This document shows, in pieces, positions 1-12,814 of a stretch of DNA of 64,000 bases. The DNA is from Rhodosorus marinus CCMP1338 (Eukaryota > Plantae > Rhodophyta). The stretch covers positions 434,001 to 498,000 of the forward strand of contig JAMWBK010000007.1 in assembly GCA_029953675.1 (NCBI GenBank). Direction: 5' to 3'. A model generated the notes under the pieces. That model was given only the letters and a program-made list of their open reading frames with translations, did no database searches and was not told the origin of the DNA. Position 1 is the first letter of the stretch. Every line of letters starts with the position of its first letter. The position numbers were made by a program, and so were the translations under genes.

Positions 1-1139
1 CCTCAACGGCTGTTTATGTGCTCTGTGGAAGACCGTCTGAGTCGAGACAATCTCCAAACCTGATGGTTGGTCCCAAATCTATCAGCGGACGCAGTCTACG
101 GGCAGGTGCCATCTCCAAACTCATCAAGGCCATGATTACTCGACCTCATCGCTCGCATGTTCTTACCTCCTTTGATCAATCCCTCATATAGTCGTTCCGA
201 ATGAATGGCATCGTAGATAAAAAACGCCGATGCAACTTGGCTTCCTTCTACAAGAGCGTCATGCGCGGCCCTCGCAAACCCCACGATATCAACTGAACTC
301 TCAAAATGGGCCAGGAGCTTCTCTTTGCGGGTGGGAGGGGACCTTGAATTGATGTCCCGGTAGAACGGAGGATTACATAGAACAACATCCATTTTGCCCT
401 GTACAATTTGTGAGATATCGCCCGCTATCAGGACTTAGCCGAAAATCGATTTCTTCGCTACGACACGGACGCCTACCTCTATACTTGATGGAAGGCCGTG
501 AGCTAGGTCATGGCAGACCACCGTGCTTCTGGGTACGAGACCATTCAAGGCGAGATTTCGGTCAGCTCGAGCAGCCAGGTCCGCTTGCAGTTCTACAAGT
601 TCCATATTCGCTCCTTGGTTATGGTTTCCGTATAATACTGATACGAGTGCATTTCCAGCGCCGAGGTCGAGAGCTCGGTGCTCCGAATCCCCTGAAAGTC
701 CTACAAACACGAGCCAGAGTACGGCGTCAGACGCTCTACCAAGCAGCTGGCATGATCTACATGCTAGCCTCCAGAAGGCCTGTCTCCAAATTCGGAAGGT
801 ACCTCGAGCTTCCCTTCTCCTAGTTGCGAAATAGGCTAGACTTTGGGAGTCAGTGTTTGCTCGGTAACCTCTTCTTGACTGTAGCAGGAGTACTTTCTTT
901 CGAAGAAAAAGGTCCAAGGTTTCTCCTTCGTCGGGTCTTAATTCAGTAGGCAACCTTTCTAAATCGCCTTCTGACCACCGGTCCCTTTTTCTTCTTGTAT
1001 ACCACTGTTTACTCCGTGCGTCGACGGTCATCGCGATGGGGTTCCCTCTTGGACCTCGTGGTTCACATACCGCTGGTTTCAACCATTGCGCATTCTCGCG
1101 AGAAGCCCTAGACACGCAGTCCACAAAAAAAACGCTCAT
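1..1139 (-). CDS. TrmN6/YfiC-like (tRNA adenine-N6) methyltransferase, multi-exon, probably runs off the window start
   Basis: ATG at 1139. Contains QSRRGYRANTDS (resembles the TrmN6 N-terminal motif), LDLGAGNA (SAM-binding motif I), ELQADLAARADRNLALN, and after an intron DVVLCNPPFY (NPPF amino-methyltransferase motif). A further piece TVFHRAHKQPLR reads to the window edge. Confidence 0.75.
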
Positions 1140-1969
1140 GTAGACCCTGTCTCAAAACGAAAATCCGCTGACGGCTTTCGCCTCCAACTCCAGACACTCT
1201 TGCCCACGCCGCCGGAACCGCGGGCGACAAAACTCGTTAAGAATTCAACCGGAACCCAACCCTTCGCAAGTGTCTCAGGTATAACCCAAGGAACTTCATA
1301 AAGCGGAGAGAACGCTCTATATCCCCAGATCTTAGCAGCTGGAGAGGGTGAGGGCCGGCTTCATCCAAAGCACCGACAAGCACCGAGGTGCACAACCTCG
1401 TCAAAGGGCATGGGCTAGGATTCGGCCAGCACGGCCTTTGTCAAGCCGCCTAACTTACAGGTACGGAGTGTTGATTCGTGAAATAACAGTGAAAGACGAC
1501 ACTTGAATCTTTCAGAATGTGTAGGTAGGCCTGAGATGTCACTGCATGACAGCCGTCAAAAGCAAGACCTAGCCCACCCTAAAGCATCGACTGGCGAGTT
1601 GCAACTGTTCGCAAACGAACCGGCGTGTTGTGCATAAATATCTTTTTCAATATCCCAACTTAATCCAATGGAAAGTTCTATTATAATGTAAGTTGAAAAT
1701 TATCAGTTATTATTGGACTATTGTTAGGATATTTGAAAGGATATTTAAAATAGGTCGTTTTATTATGGAAAACAGTTCCTCTCAAAATAAAAAGTCACCA
1801 GTAAACGGCCCTTCGCAAAGTGCTGCTTGGACGTGAGTGGCAGCGATGTGGAGCGTTTCGGTCAACACGGGCTGAAGGTTTGAATGAGGATCTGGTAGGT
1901 TTTCCTTTCGCCAAGAATTTCCGGAAATTTTCAACCAGTCTGAATCGTTTCAGGAGTGATTTGAATAGA

Positions 1970-3350
1970 ATGGAGAACGGTGTCCTTCGGATCGCGCATT
2001 TAGGTTCCGGCATATTTGCGAAGGAGGGGCACGCTCCAGTATTCATCGAGCTGCAGAAAGCGGGCCTTGTGGAAACAAGCGTTTGCTGGAGCAGGAGCAT
2101 CGAATCTGCTAGAGGTCTAGCGGATGTGTACGAGAAGGGTTTGGGGACAGGTAGGCTCGTAGCAATTTCGAAGTGGACAGCGTGTTGCTTACCTTTGAGC
2201 GATTCCTCCTCGTCTTCAAATGTGACCAGCCCCGAAGGTACTGTCAGGAGAGGAGGGATTACAGACTATCCTGGACAGAAGCGATATATCGGCAGTCACA
2301 GTGGTGCTTCCCATCTATCTCCAAGCAGTATACTCGTTGAGAGCAATCGACGCTGGCAAGCATGGTACTTGCGCACTAGAAGACTTCCTCGCACATGCAG
2401 GAGTTGCTAAACGCATTCTCATATCATTTTTCGGTACCAGTTCTTTCCGAAAAGCCGATCGCTGCTTCCACAGAGGAGGCAGCTTCCGTCATAAGCAGGT
2501 GGAAAGAAAGCAGCAGGAAGGTTCACTACTGTATCGCAGAAAACTACAGGTTTGAGAAAGCATTTCGTGAAGCAGCATCAGGAGTGAGAGATGTTTGTGG
2601 AGCGGTTATCTCAGCTAGCATGACCGCGTTCGTGCCCTTTCCAGAAGGCAGCAAATATGAATCAACCCAATGGTAGGGATATCTCTAGTTGTTTCACGGT
2701 GCTCTCATTATAGGGCTGACCTTTTTATCAGCATGCAGGAGGAGAGACTCGAAGCACCTCGGCGGGGTCCTTCTGGATAGCGCTGTCCATTTCATGGCGG
2801 GACTGAGATTCGTCTTGGGAGCGGAAGCTACTGAAGTTTTCTCAGTGAACTCGAAAAGGACTGCACATATGCCACAGGTAACTGTCCCATCTGATGACAA
2901 CCAAGTTGGCGTGTTTACGGACGACCATACGTTTTCTAAGAAAGTTAATATGGGTAAAATGGACAGGTGGACACGTTCAATGCAATCCTGCGGTTTGGAG
3001 ATAAGTTTAACGCTTCTGCGACTGTCACGTACGCAACGAGCAGCCGTAGATTCAATCTCCTAGTTGTAGGAACAGACGGGGAGGTCATCGTTGAGCGAGT
3101 TGGCGGAGGATATAAGGTAACGAAAAGGCGAGGGAATGACGAACCTTCCACTGTCGCTCATGGATTCTGCGGAGTCGAAAATGAAATAGCCGCCTTTGTT
3201 CGACTCTGCTTGGAGAAAGACCCGATTGACCCGTCAGATCCGGACCTTCTGGACCCGATGCACGGATTCTCAGATCTTGCCATGATAGAGGGCATAATGA
3301 CATGCCAGGAAAGCTTTGTGCCAGTCAAATCTCCTCCCCGAATCTCTTGA
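1970..3350 (+). CDS. Gfo/Idh/MocA family NAD(P)-dependent oxidoreductase, multi-exon
   Basis: MENGVLRIAHLGSGIFAKEGH (Rossmann fold), VLSEKPIA, AENYRFE, GGVLLDSAVHF motifs distributed over ORFs 1820-2410, 2395-2676, 2689-3063 and 2967-3350, joined by GT-AG introns. Confidence 0.9.
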
Positions 3351-4215
3351 ACCGGGACGAGCAATGTTGAAATCAGTAAGCGCCCCGGAACATTTACGCC
3401 GTCTATCGGAACAATCTAGAAGGTCCATGATAAATCTTGAGTCTGCATAGAGTTCATGACCTTAGAAAATTTGCGATCGTGAGCCACTGGGAGACAGATC
3501 GAGTCTGGCTTTCGCTCCACACTATACAGCCGATTTGCAACATTGGTGAAGTCTTCTAAGTACTCATTGCTAATCTCTAAACCAATGGATCAATCAAAGA
3601 ATATCTGACCGGAACGTAATCCTTCCAAGTTGTTTCAGAAACACTCTAATTTATCTAAAAACCTTTTCAATCAACATATAGATAGTTGTTACGGTAGAAA
3701 CAACGTAGCGCTAAACCTTCTTTAAAAACACCAATAAACAAAATTATGGACCCTCATGTTTTAATATTAACGCTACATATACTTTTTTTATCGATATACT
3801 ATCGACAAAACACAAACGGACCAAATCCATTAACTTTTATTCTCTACCCATAAAACAAGTGCAACATACCCTCTAGAACTCTATAAAACAATAGTATCCC
3901 CCGATACCCCCCCTAAAGTCATCCTCAAAATTATTGTATTGAAAAAACAATAAAAAATTTATAAACTCAATCATACTTTATTAACCAATAAAGAATAGCA
4001 TCTTATTGTAATGATTAGAATACTCATGTAATTTGGAAATTAATAGAATTTGATCAATCAATAATATTTTCATTGAAAAAAAAGAATTTGGAGTGATATG
4101 TTGTATTTTTTTGTTTTATTTGTATTTTGAAGATGATGAAAGAGGTGGTTTTTTTGAAGACTAATTTGAAGGAAAAAGAAAGCAGTTGGGTAGATGGGAG
4201 ACAAAGGCTCTTGAG

Positions 4216-4240
4216 GAGAGAGAGAGAGAGAGAGAGAGAG
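4216..4240. repeat. (AG)12 microsatellite upstream of the USP7-like gene
   Basis: Direct reading of the gagagagag run. Confidence 0.9.
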
Positions 4241-4558
4241 GTAGGGAGAGAGGAGAGGAGGAGGAACAGGGAGAGAGTTTGGTTTGTTGTGAGGGGATTT
4301 GTAAGGTGTGATAGTTTTGGTTAATGGAAGACAGGAAGCAGATGACGTTTGGCTTTTGGTTACTGAGGTGTGCTTGAATTGATCCATTTTGTTTGGAAGG
4401 TTGGAAAGCCGGAAAATTTTGTTTTGGATAAATATGGGGACGTTTTGGGGGTGATTTCTTTGTTTTTTTTTGGGGGGGGCGTGGGACTGGTTGGTGAGAC
4501 GGATTTTGGAGGTAGTGTGCAAGGGGTAGTTTTCGGGAAGTCCACTGCTCCCGGAGCG

Positions 4559-7500
4559 ATGGAGATGGAGGAAGTCCCGGAGGCGTCTGCTGAGCTGGAC
4601 CCCAAGGTCGAGGTATAGAATGATCAAGTCAGGATGGAGCGGTTTTTCGGCAGGCTTCTAAGATTTTTTTTTTTTTCCAACAGATCGTCGACGTCTATCG
4701 CCCCGAAGCCGATCCTGAGCTTCGCGAGTTTTATGTAGCTATTCCCGACTTTGAAAGCTTGACTGAAGAAAAGCGACGAAGCGAGGTTCACGAGATTGCT
4801 GGATACAAGTGGAGGCTTCTCTTGTTCCCCAAAGGCAATGACACAAAAAACTCTTTGAGTCTCTACCTGGAGTGTGAGGGACCTGTTAATACGGATGAGC
4901 AGTACCCGATTAGAAAATGGTTAGTATCGGAAGCATGATCGGGTATGCGCCGGGGGGGGTGAGTCGCTGCTGACATGTCGTACCCACTCTTCGTTTCTTT
5001 TTAGGAGGTTTCCGGCTTCGTTCAAGCTGATTGTCTGCAGTCAGGGGCCGGAATCTGTTGATATCGTGCAAGAAACCCGGCACATCTTCTCACACAATGA
5101 TACAGACTGGGGATTTCGTGAAATCGTCTCGTTCGACATCCTTTACTCTGAGAACGAATCATACATAGTTAACGGAGCGTTGAAACTCGGTTCGTCAATT
5201 TCCATCGAGAATTCTGAAGAATATGATTCCAGGAAAGAGACCGGCTTCAACGGAATCAAGAACTTGGTAATGCCAGCCTCTCCCTGGTCGTGGACATCAC
5301 AGTACTTTCTTTGTAGAAACGATCGGAGCTTACCGCTCTCAATGCTGGGGAATCAATTCTTATCTCGAATGCTGTTGAATCTTCTGCTAATGCAAATTCA
5401 CAATAGGGAGCGACGTGCTACTTGAACTCTCTGCTGCAAGTTCTTTTCACTCTCGGAGATTTTCGAAAATCGGTTTTCGGAATGGAATTGCCTGCGGACG
5501 ACGACGACGACAAAATTCCGTTTGCATTACAAAAAGTCTTCTACGAACTGCAGAATGGGGCTGCTCCCGTGAAGACTAAGAGGTTAACCAAGAGCTTTGG
5601 CTGGGACAGTTCCGATGCTTTTACTCAACAGGATTTGCATGAGCTGAACCGGCTACTGTGCAGCCATCTGGAGGAGGCGATGAAGAAGCAGAATGCGAAA
5701 AACAAGATCAGCGAGTTGTTTGAGGGCAAGCTTGTCAACTTTATCCAGTGCGTGAACATAGATTATACCAGCACCCGGGACGAAGCTTTTTTTGACCTCA
5801 ACTTGACCGTTCAAGGCAGCAAGACCATCTACGAATCCTTTGACAAGTATCTTGAGGTGGAAATGCTGGATGGGGACAACAAATATAGGGCGGAAGGGTA
5901 CGAAGATCTTCAGGACGCGAAGAGAGGGGTCAAGTTCAGTACGCTCCCTCCAGTCTTGCAACTCCACCTAAAGCGCTTCGAGTTTGATTACGTGCGAGGC
6001 ATCAACGTGAAGATCAACGACCGACTCGAGTTTCCCGGAGAACTAGATTTGCGAAACTACGTCGAGAAAAGCAGTGGCAACGAGGTTTACTCGCTGCACT
6101 CAGTGCTGGTCCACGTCGGCGATGTGCACGCCGGCCACTATTATGTGTATATTCGGCCTTTTGCTGAAACCAATCAATGGTACAAGTTCGACGATGAAAC
6201 AGTCACACTCGTAAACGAGAAGGAGGCTATTGATGAGAATTTCGGGTAACTGCGGGCAACATCTCCATTGTCAGCAACATTCCCTTCTTCTAACTTTCGA
6301 TCGAAACTCCTTCGCTTGCTCTTGCTGAAGGTCTCCGACTCCCCGCAAACTCTCGAATGCGTATATGCTTCAATACGTACAGAAGGACAAGGCAAAGTCA
6401 CTTCTGAAGAAGGTGAGAAGGAGGCTGGCTTCCGTCCAAAAAAAGGGGCTACGTCTGAACAATGTCTTTTCTGGCTCATGTCCGCTGGGATCTCATCTAC
6501 GCCTCTTCAGGTAGAAACGGTGGATGTGCCAAAGGCGTTGGAGGAAAGAATACTGCTGGACGCAGAAGAAGAAGAGAACAGGAGACGAGAACGAGACGAC
6601 TTCCACCTGTTTATGGACGTGGCGATTGTACGAGAGGAGTCACTGCTCTCTCACAACGGAGTCGACCTTATACCCTGGGACTCAGCGGAAAGATTGGACC
6701 GGCGCTTGATACGAAAATCTATGTTGTTCAGGGAGTTGGCTGAGTTAGTGACTGGGCATCTTGGCCTGGACTCGCACCAGACTCTCCGAGTTTGGAGGCT
6801 GTGCCAGAGGCAAAACTCCACAATTAGGCCCGACAGGTGCGTATCGCAGACCTGACATTCGCCCAGTGACTTGGATTAGGTGCCGTCTGTTTCCCATCGT
6901 TGAACGCACGGCTATGTGCGTCTGTGGTTTTCTAGATTGTTGACTTCTGGCGATGACGATGTCCCCCTCTCGAAACTATCTGGCTTGGGTTCCGAGCTGC
7001 AGCTTCTACTTCAGACCGTACCAAAGTCTGAGGTGGAGGCAATGGAGACGGATGAGGTGCTACAATTTTTCAAGGTTTTCGCCCCCAAGCCCATTCCAAT
7101 CCTCGCATGTATCGGAAGCCTGGCGTGCAACAGGTCCGCAACAGTGAAGCACTCCATCCAACAGCTGATGAAGCTCAAGCCAGTGCCGCGGGAGTTGGTG
7201 CTGGCGGTGCAAGCAGGAAATATCACTGTTTTCGAAGAGGTATGTTTGTGCGAAGACGTTGAAGAACTGAAATCGTTTGATGGCTGAAGTTCCTCCTGTC
7301 CCGGCCGCTGTCTAGGATACACCGCAGCCAGTCAAACCAATAGACATTGAGAAGACGCATGATGAACTGGGGCTAGGGACAGGTGATATTATCGTCATTC
7401 AACTTCCACCCAGTGTTTTGCTAGAGTCGTTACCACCTAGTATCCTTGAGAAGCGATCAACGCCATTGCAGGGAATGCATGACGTGAAGACCGCGAGCGA

Positions 7501-8906
7501 CTATTTCATGTACCTCCGAAATCGAATACATGTCGAGTTTCGTGACCTTCAGAAGCCTGCTGAGAGTGGGTACGCGGTGACATCCAAAGCTCTTGCTAGG
7601 GCTATGGGCTAATCTTTTGTTCCGCTACTTCTCCAGAATCATGCTCGAACTCCTCAAGACAGACACGTACGGCCAGACTCGAAAGGCTCTTTCACACGCA
7701 CTTGGCGTGGGCTCTAGTCCGGACAAGATCCGACTATATCCCTTCGATATTGTTACCAATGGACCAAGGCAGGATAGCCTGTCCCTGGCGCAGTTGAATT
7801 CGTAAGTCGGCTGCTCAGCTCGTAGTCAACCCCATCGTTTCCGCTGATGTGCGGACTTTTGAATTTTGTCCTGTTCAACACAGTCGAGGAGATTCACTGG
7901 AAAACATGTTAGAGATGGATTATCGACCGGGTGGATATACTACCATGGAGTCGAAGATATTTTGGTATGAGTACATTGATTACGACTTGGAAGAATTTGA
8001 GAATAAGGAAGAAGTGAGAATTACCTGGCGCTACGACGGCGGGACGTACATCCAGGGAGCGAGCACAGGTATTCCCGAAATCAAGGATAGGTGGATGAGG
8101 ACCAAGGTACGATAGTCTGGGGTTCAGACCCGTGGCTTTGAGAGCGTTGCGTACCGGCCTGGAGGGAAGGTTGGCTGAAGAGCTGTCCTCGATAAATTCC
8201 GTAGGTTCTCTCCGTCCTGGTTCCGTTCCACACTTCTACTTACGAGGATGTAACGAGAGAGATGAAAAAGAAACTCGGTATTCCATCGGAGATTCCAATA
8301 AGGGTGGTAGAAGTGAAATCCAGCTATGTTTGCAGAGTCGTGCCTCTGTCGGAGCTCGTGCCTCACGTTGTTCACCTACCGTCAACTGGCGCACAGCTTG
8401 ACTACGAACTGAGGGCTGAACCCGACGTGCTGGACGATGTGGACCGTCATCATTTGGGGAGGTAAGGCCTTTCTCTATTCGAGTGTAGCTGTGGTAAGCA
8501 AGACGCTGATCTCTGGGCTCTTTTGTTCCCGTATCGTTCCGTCCCTAGAGGGGAATATTCATGGGTGTCCGTACTGCACATACCGAGGGGGAACTATTTG
8601 GCATCTAGAGGATACTTTGGAGATCCCTTTCTGCTCCCAGTGAAGGCCGAGGGTGAGAAAGTTGGCGTACTGCGGGAACGTATCCGCATAAAAGTGCGCG
8701 TGAAGGAGGAAGAATTTGATAATTGGGCCCTGTTTTCCATCACAGTCTCATCTACAGATGCTCTCGACGACGTCGAGAGCACGTGGTCCGTGGGTTCTGA
8801 TGAGATTGGTAGCACTTCGCTAGCAATCGAACATACTCGCCGAGTCCCCCCAAAGAGGACCTACGGGCTTATGAAATATGACAAGCCCCTTGTGATTAAA
8901 AGCTAA
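4559..8906 (+). CDS. USP7: USP7/UBP12-13-like ubiquitin-specific protease (MATH + USP + UBL-like C-terminus), many exons
   Basis: MATH domain (GYKWRLLLFPKGN...LSLYLEC; DWGF), Cys box split by an intron (GIKNL|GATCYLNSLLQ), QQDLHELNR, His box (LVHVGDVHAGHYYVYIR, WYKFDDE), later YFMYLRNR and C-terminal KPLVIKS*. Start codon and exon bounds are approximate. Confidence 0.92.
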
Positions 8907-9435
8907 GCAATCATATTTGTACCAATCTCACTGCCCGTCATCGGCCTCCCGTTTGTACACCGCCAAAGTTCCGATCCAGAATTGCCACACGAAGACCACT
9001 CTAGTAGAGGAACTCTACGAACTTACGAGTTCAACAGTCGTAGCTGATTGCGAGAGCAAGCGGTTTCCTTTGTCATGTGGAAGGGGATTAAAAGGATACC
9101 TTTCGATGTTGGAGCCGACCGCAACATCTCTACGTACGAATCGAGCGGTTGTCTCATAACCGACCAGGACAGGCTGTCCCTGTCAAGTCTTTCGGTAGGG
9201 TGTGGAAGTCACCCGTGAGAACGTTCCGTCCGTGTGTCAAGACAGCCAGTTAGATCTGCTTAGTGTGCAGGTATGCGTGCCTAGATGTCTTGAGAGCCGC
9301 ACATTCTATCCGGCTTTCTTCTGATATGTAATCAGTCGACACGGTTGAGGTCAAGGACAAGTAGGAGATGTGATCTGGACCAGTTTTCGTCTGACATTGC
9401 GGGAGGTCATGTTCAGGAATAATCTTTTTTAAGTT

Positions 9436-10271
9436 ATGGCACTTTTGTTCGTGATTTCACCGCTGCATCGAATCAGTGGGTGGGAGCAGAAGGCAAGGTC
9501 GAGATGCGCTAGTCAAACCACGAGGGTGGCGATGGGACCCCGCCAGCGCCTGCTGGAGCTTGGTCAGAAGACTGGAAGAGGAGTAGCCGCGACTCTGGTG
9601 AGATTTTCGATACCATTTGTCCGGTTGGAGTGTAGTCTGACCTCCCAATTCAATGACGCAGGAGGACAAGGCGAACGCAGAGGAAGTAGTTGCGGAGTTG
9701 ATTGCGGACAAGAACGCCAACAAGGGTACAGTTGAAGAGACGGCTCGACCACTTGACAGTGATCTTTTCCGGGGAAAGTGGGACCTAAGATACAGTACAG
9801 AGGACACCCTGGTTGGCTTGATGAGAAGTGGCCTACCACCACTGTTGAGCAAAGCCGAAGCTGTGTACCAGACTTTGGAAGGAGGAATCGTGGAGGCGAC
9901 TTCAAATCCTTCGCCAGGATTGATCCAAGTACGCAGAACAGAACTTTCAGGGACTTGAAATGGTAGATGAACTGACTGATCAATCGGTACTTTAGAATGT
10001 GATCGAGTTTCCACGGCCGAAGGGCACGCTTCGGCTGGTCGTGAAGGTGGACTTTCAAGCGGAAAACGGAGGCACACGGTGCAGATTCGTCTTCAACGCG
10101 ACCGAGCTCCAGTTTCCGGGGAAAACCATCCGCTTGCCCTTCGCGTTCGGTAGAGGATTCTTCGATGTCCTCTACTTCGACGGACAGATGCGAATCGACC
10201 GCGATCAAAACGGATGGCTGAACGTGTACTCTTACGCAGGGCCGTCAGTCCAATGCTCTGCATACGATTGA
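9436..10271 (+). CDS. PAP/fibrillin family plastid lipid-associated protein, 3 exons
   Basis: Transit-peptide-like N-terminus, GKWDLRYST, and C-terminal GFFDVLYFDGQMRIDRDQNG typical of PAP_fibrillin. GT-AG introns near 9595-9661 and after LIQ. Confidence 0.85.
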
Positions 10272-11185
10272 ACTGTTCAACAGCGGTCCACCGAGAGACC
10301 TCTCCTGTTCTTATGGACGTCCCAGAAGCCCCGGAGTATTTCCAGAGGATGTACTCCACAACCCAGCGTACCGACCAATTCATTCGTAGAGCTAATTACC
10401 TTCACAATTTTAAACAAAAACATCCGAAATCGTGATATATCATTGGCGTTGCTCTACCTTTAGTAAAAGAAAAATATCATACAATCCATTTAGTTTTGAT
10501 AAACAATTTAAGCCGATACCTAATTCCGAAAATAGTTCAGTTATTCAATATAATCACTCAGCTTCCTGATTGGTAAATCACAGCCACCGCCAATCTCTTC
10601 AATGGCGTAAATCTACACAAGTACATAAAAGCATTATAAAAACATATAATCCAGAACCCACCTACGACTCCAGTTTCCAATTAGAGAGACTTTCATTAAC
10701 TTTGATTCGTACAAGACACGTGTCAGTTAAAAAGAATCATAATATCAGTATCTAAGTAATTATATTCTTTTTATTGATAATATTTTATATTATTAAAAGT
10801 AGTTATTTACCATAATATACTTTAAAAAATAAAATATCATAAATGCTTCAAGTAACAAGGAAATTAGATAGATATTGAAATATGTATTTTATTGATTAAT
10901 TAAATATGTGTAGACGATTTTTTATTATGTTGGGATCGGATTTAGTGGAATTCGAGCTCGTTGGTATCTGTTTTTCTTTGGAGATCCACGTCGATATTTT
11001 TCAGTTGATGAGGATGAAGTTTATATACGATTGAGATTGAGGGCATTTCTTGGGGAATGGGAATAGTGAGATTGGTAGCTGTTCATTGAAGATTTAGAGG
11101 GGAGGACAAGCTGTGGTTTTGGGGGTGGGGTGGGGGGAGGGTTGGGGTCTGTGGGATTAGGAATTTTTGTTTGTGTTGCTATTTA

Positions 11186-12457
11186 ATGATGGCGTTCCTA
11201 TCGTTGGTCTCTGGTTTTGCTGGTTCCCGCGCAGGCCTTTCTGGATGTCGAGGTACAGCGCGGGGGTTTGGAAGCGCTGGCGCTGTACGCATGGTTCAGG
11301 CCTCTTCGGAAAGCTCAACGCGATACACAAAGGAAGATAATTGGGATGGGTTATGCAGGAACGCGGGGATCTGGGAGGGAAACCAGGCAAGCTACGACAA
11401 GGACGCGGTAGAGAAGAAGCGTGTGGCGTCCAGCGTGTACATTCACACGAGTGGAGAGCGCGAGGATGGGAAACCAGGACCTAGTGATGTTTGGGTTCAC
11501 TTGATTAGGGAAGGGTCTCAGAGATACTCGCAGGTGTATTTCTCCCGTGACAACTTTTTTGCTAGGGGAATGTTCATGTCGCCCCATGGAGATATGGATA
11601 GCGGCTTCCGGACAGCTGTTAGGTACGTCCTACCGCGCGAAATGCCAAGGTCAACTATATCCGTCCCGCTGATCGGTTTGCTTGTCACCCCTCCCCGCGA
11701 CCTTGTGCAGAGAAAATGGGACAATTATTGAACAGGTAATCTCGATGGATGGGGAGGATGACAAATGCGTTGGGAGGGTACGAATAGTACACAAGGGAGC
11801 TCGGAACGAAGAAGGATTTTCGACATGGATTGTTTTCAGGGAGAGGAGATCTCCTGAAGCACTTCCTAATTACAACTCCGAGATTCCGCAGTCAAGAAAG
11901 CATCCTGACGAGATCCGTGAAACCAACTATCCGTGGGATTTGAATACAAGTAAGTAGTGGATCATCAACGACCACGGCAGATGTGTGCGCTAGGAGATTC
12001 CACTCGTATGCCGAGCCTCTCTCTGAAACACTGCTGCTGTGGACTTTTTTGAGCAGAGGCTGAAGGCTCAACCTTTGAGCAGCTCCGAGGATCATGGAAG
12101 GGAGTTAAGCGCGCAATCGGCGCTAAGGACAGCGCTCTACGGGAGAGCGAGTATTCATTTGATGTTTCGTATAAGGATGGCAAGATGGACGTCAAGTATC
12201 TCTTCAATCACACAAATGAGTCGTTAGAACTCAAAGGGGAGCGCGTGACAGATAGGATGATTCGCTTTCCGAATGGCCAAGAGCTCAGGGATCTGGGAGG
12301 CGGCGTCACTGTGCTAACTCCGTCAAGCATCCCAGAAAGTGGAAATGTAGTGGTAGAAATGGCATGGGTGCTAGGTAATACGCGGAAACGTGTCTCTCGA
12401 ACCTACAAGGAAGGAGCGTGGCTGTCCAGCGCATACTTCATCGAAACGAGGGTGTAA
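11186..12457 (+). CDS. DUF3598 (BFA1-like) plastid protein, multi-exon
   Basis: MMAFLSLVSG transit-peptide-like start, NAGIWEGNQASYD, and C-terminal LGGGVTVLTPSSIP...VEMAWVLGNTRKRVSRTYKEGAW resembling the cyanobacterial DUF3598 ends. Confidence 0.65.
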
Positions 12458-12633
12458 AGACAAACGTAACCCTCCAAATATCGTCCGACCAACACAAGAG
12501 GGAAAACCACCAGCTTGCTCTACACAACTATTCCTCCAGAAGATAAGAAACCCAATACAAAATCAGCACATACCTATCATACCGTACAAGTTAGGTCAAT
12601 CAGGCTACCTCATCCCGCTCTAGGTCACTTTCT

Positions 12634-12779
12634 TGTTCAGGAAAGAGCGAGAAAGAGAGAAGGAGAGGAAGAAGAAGAAGAGGTATAGATCTGCTCTCAT
12701 ACCAAGAACGCAGCTCAAGTCCAACCCATAAATTTATATATATATGTCTCCGCTTCCGAATAAGGAAAAATCTGCAACA
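12634..12779 (-). mobile_element. Candidate 3' LTR of the gypsy element (146 bp)
   Basis: Minus strand reads TGTTGCAG...CTGAACA with an internal TATATATAAA and lies at the end of the integrase. No partner LTR in the window and only a weak polypurine tract. Confidence 0.4.
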
Positions 12780-12814
12780 TCTACTGCTGATGCCGGATAA
12801 GCCTTCATGACCGA

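Noticed and set aside
4070-4627. 185-aa minus-strand ORF
   Set aside because: Compositional shadow of the G/T-rich leader and AG microsatellite of the USP7-like gene.
9457-10208. Two roughly 210-aa minus-strand ORFs
   Set aside because: They overlap the PAP-fibrillin gene on the opposite strand and have no recognisable motifs.
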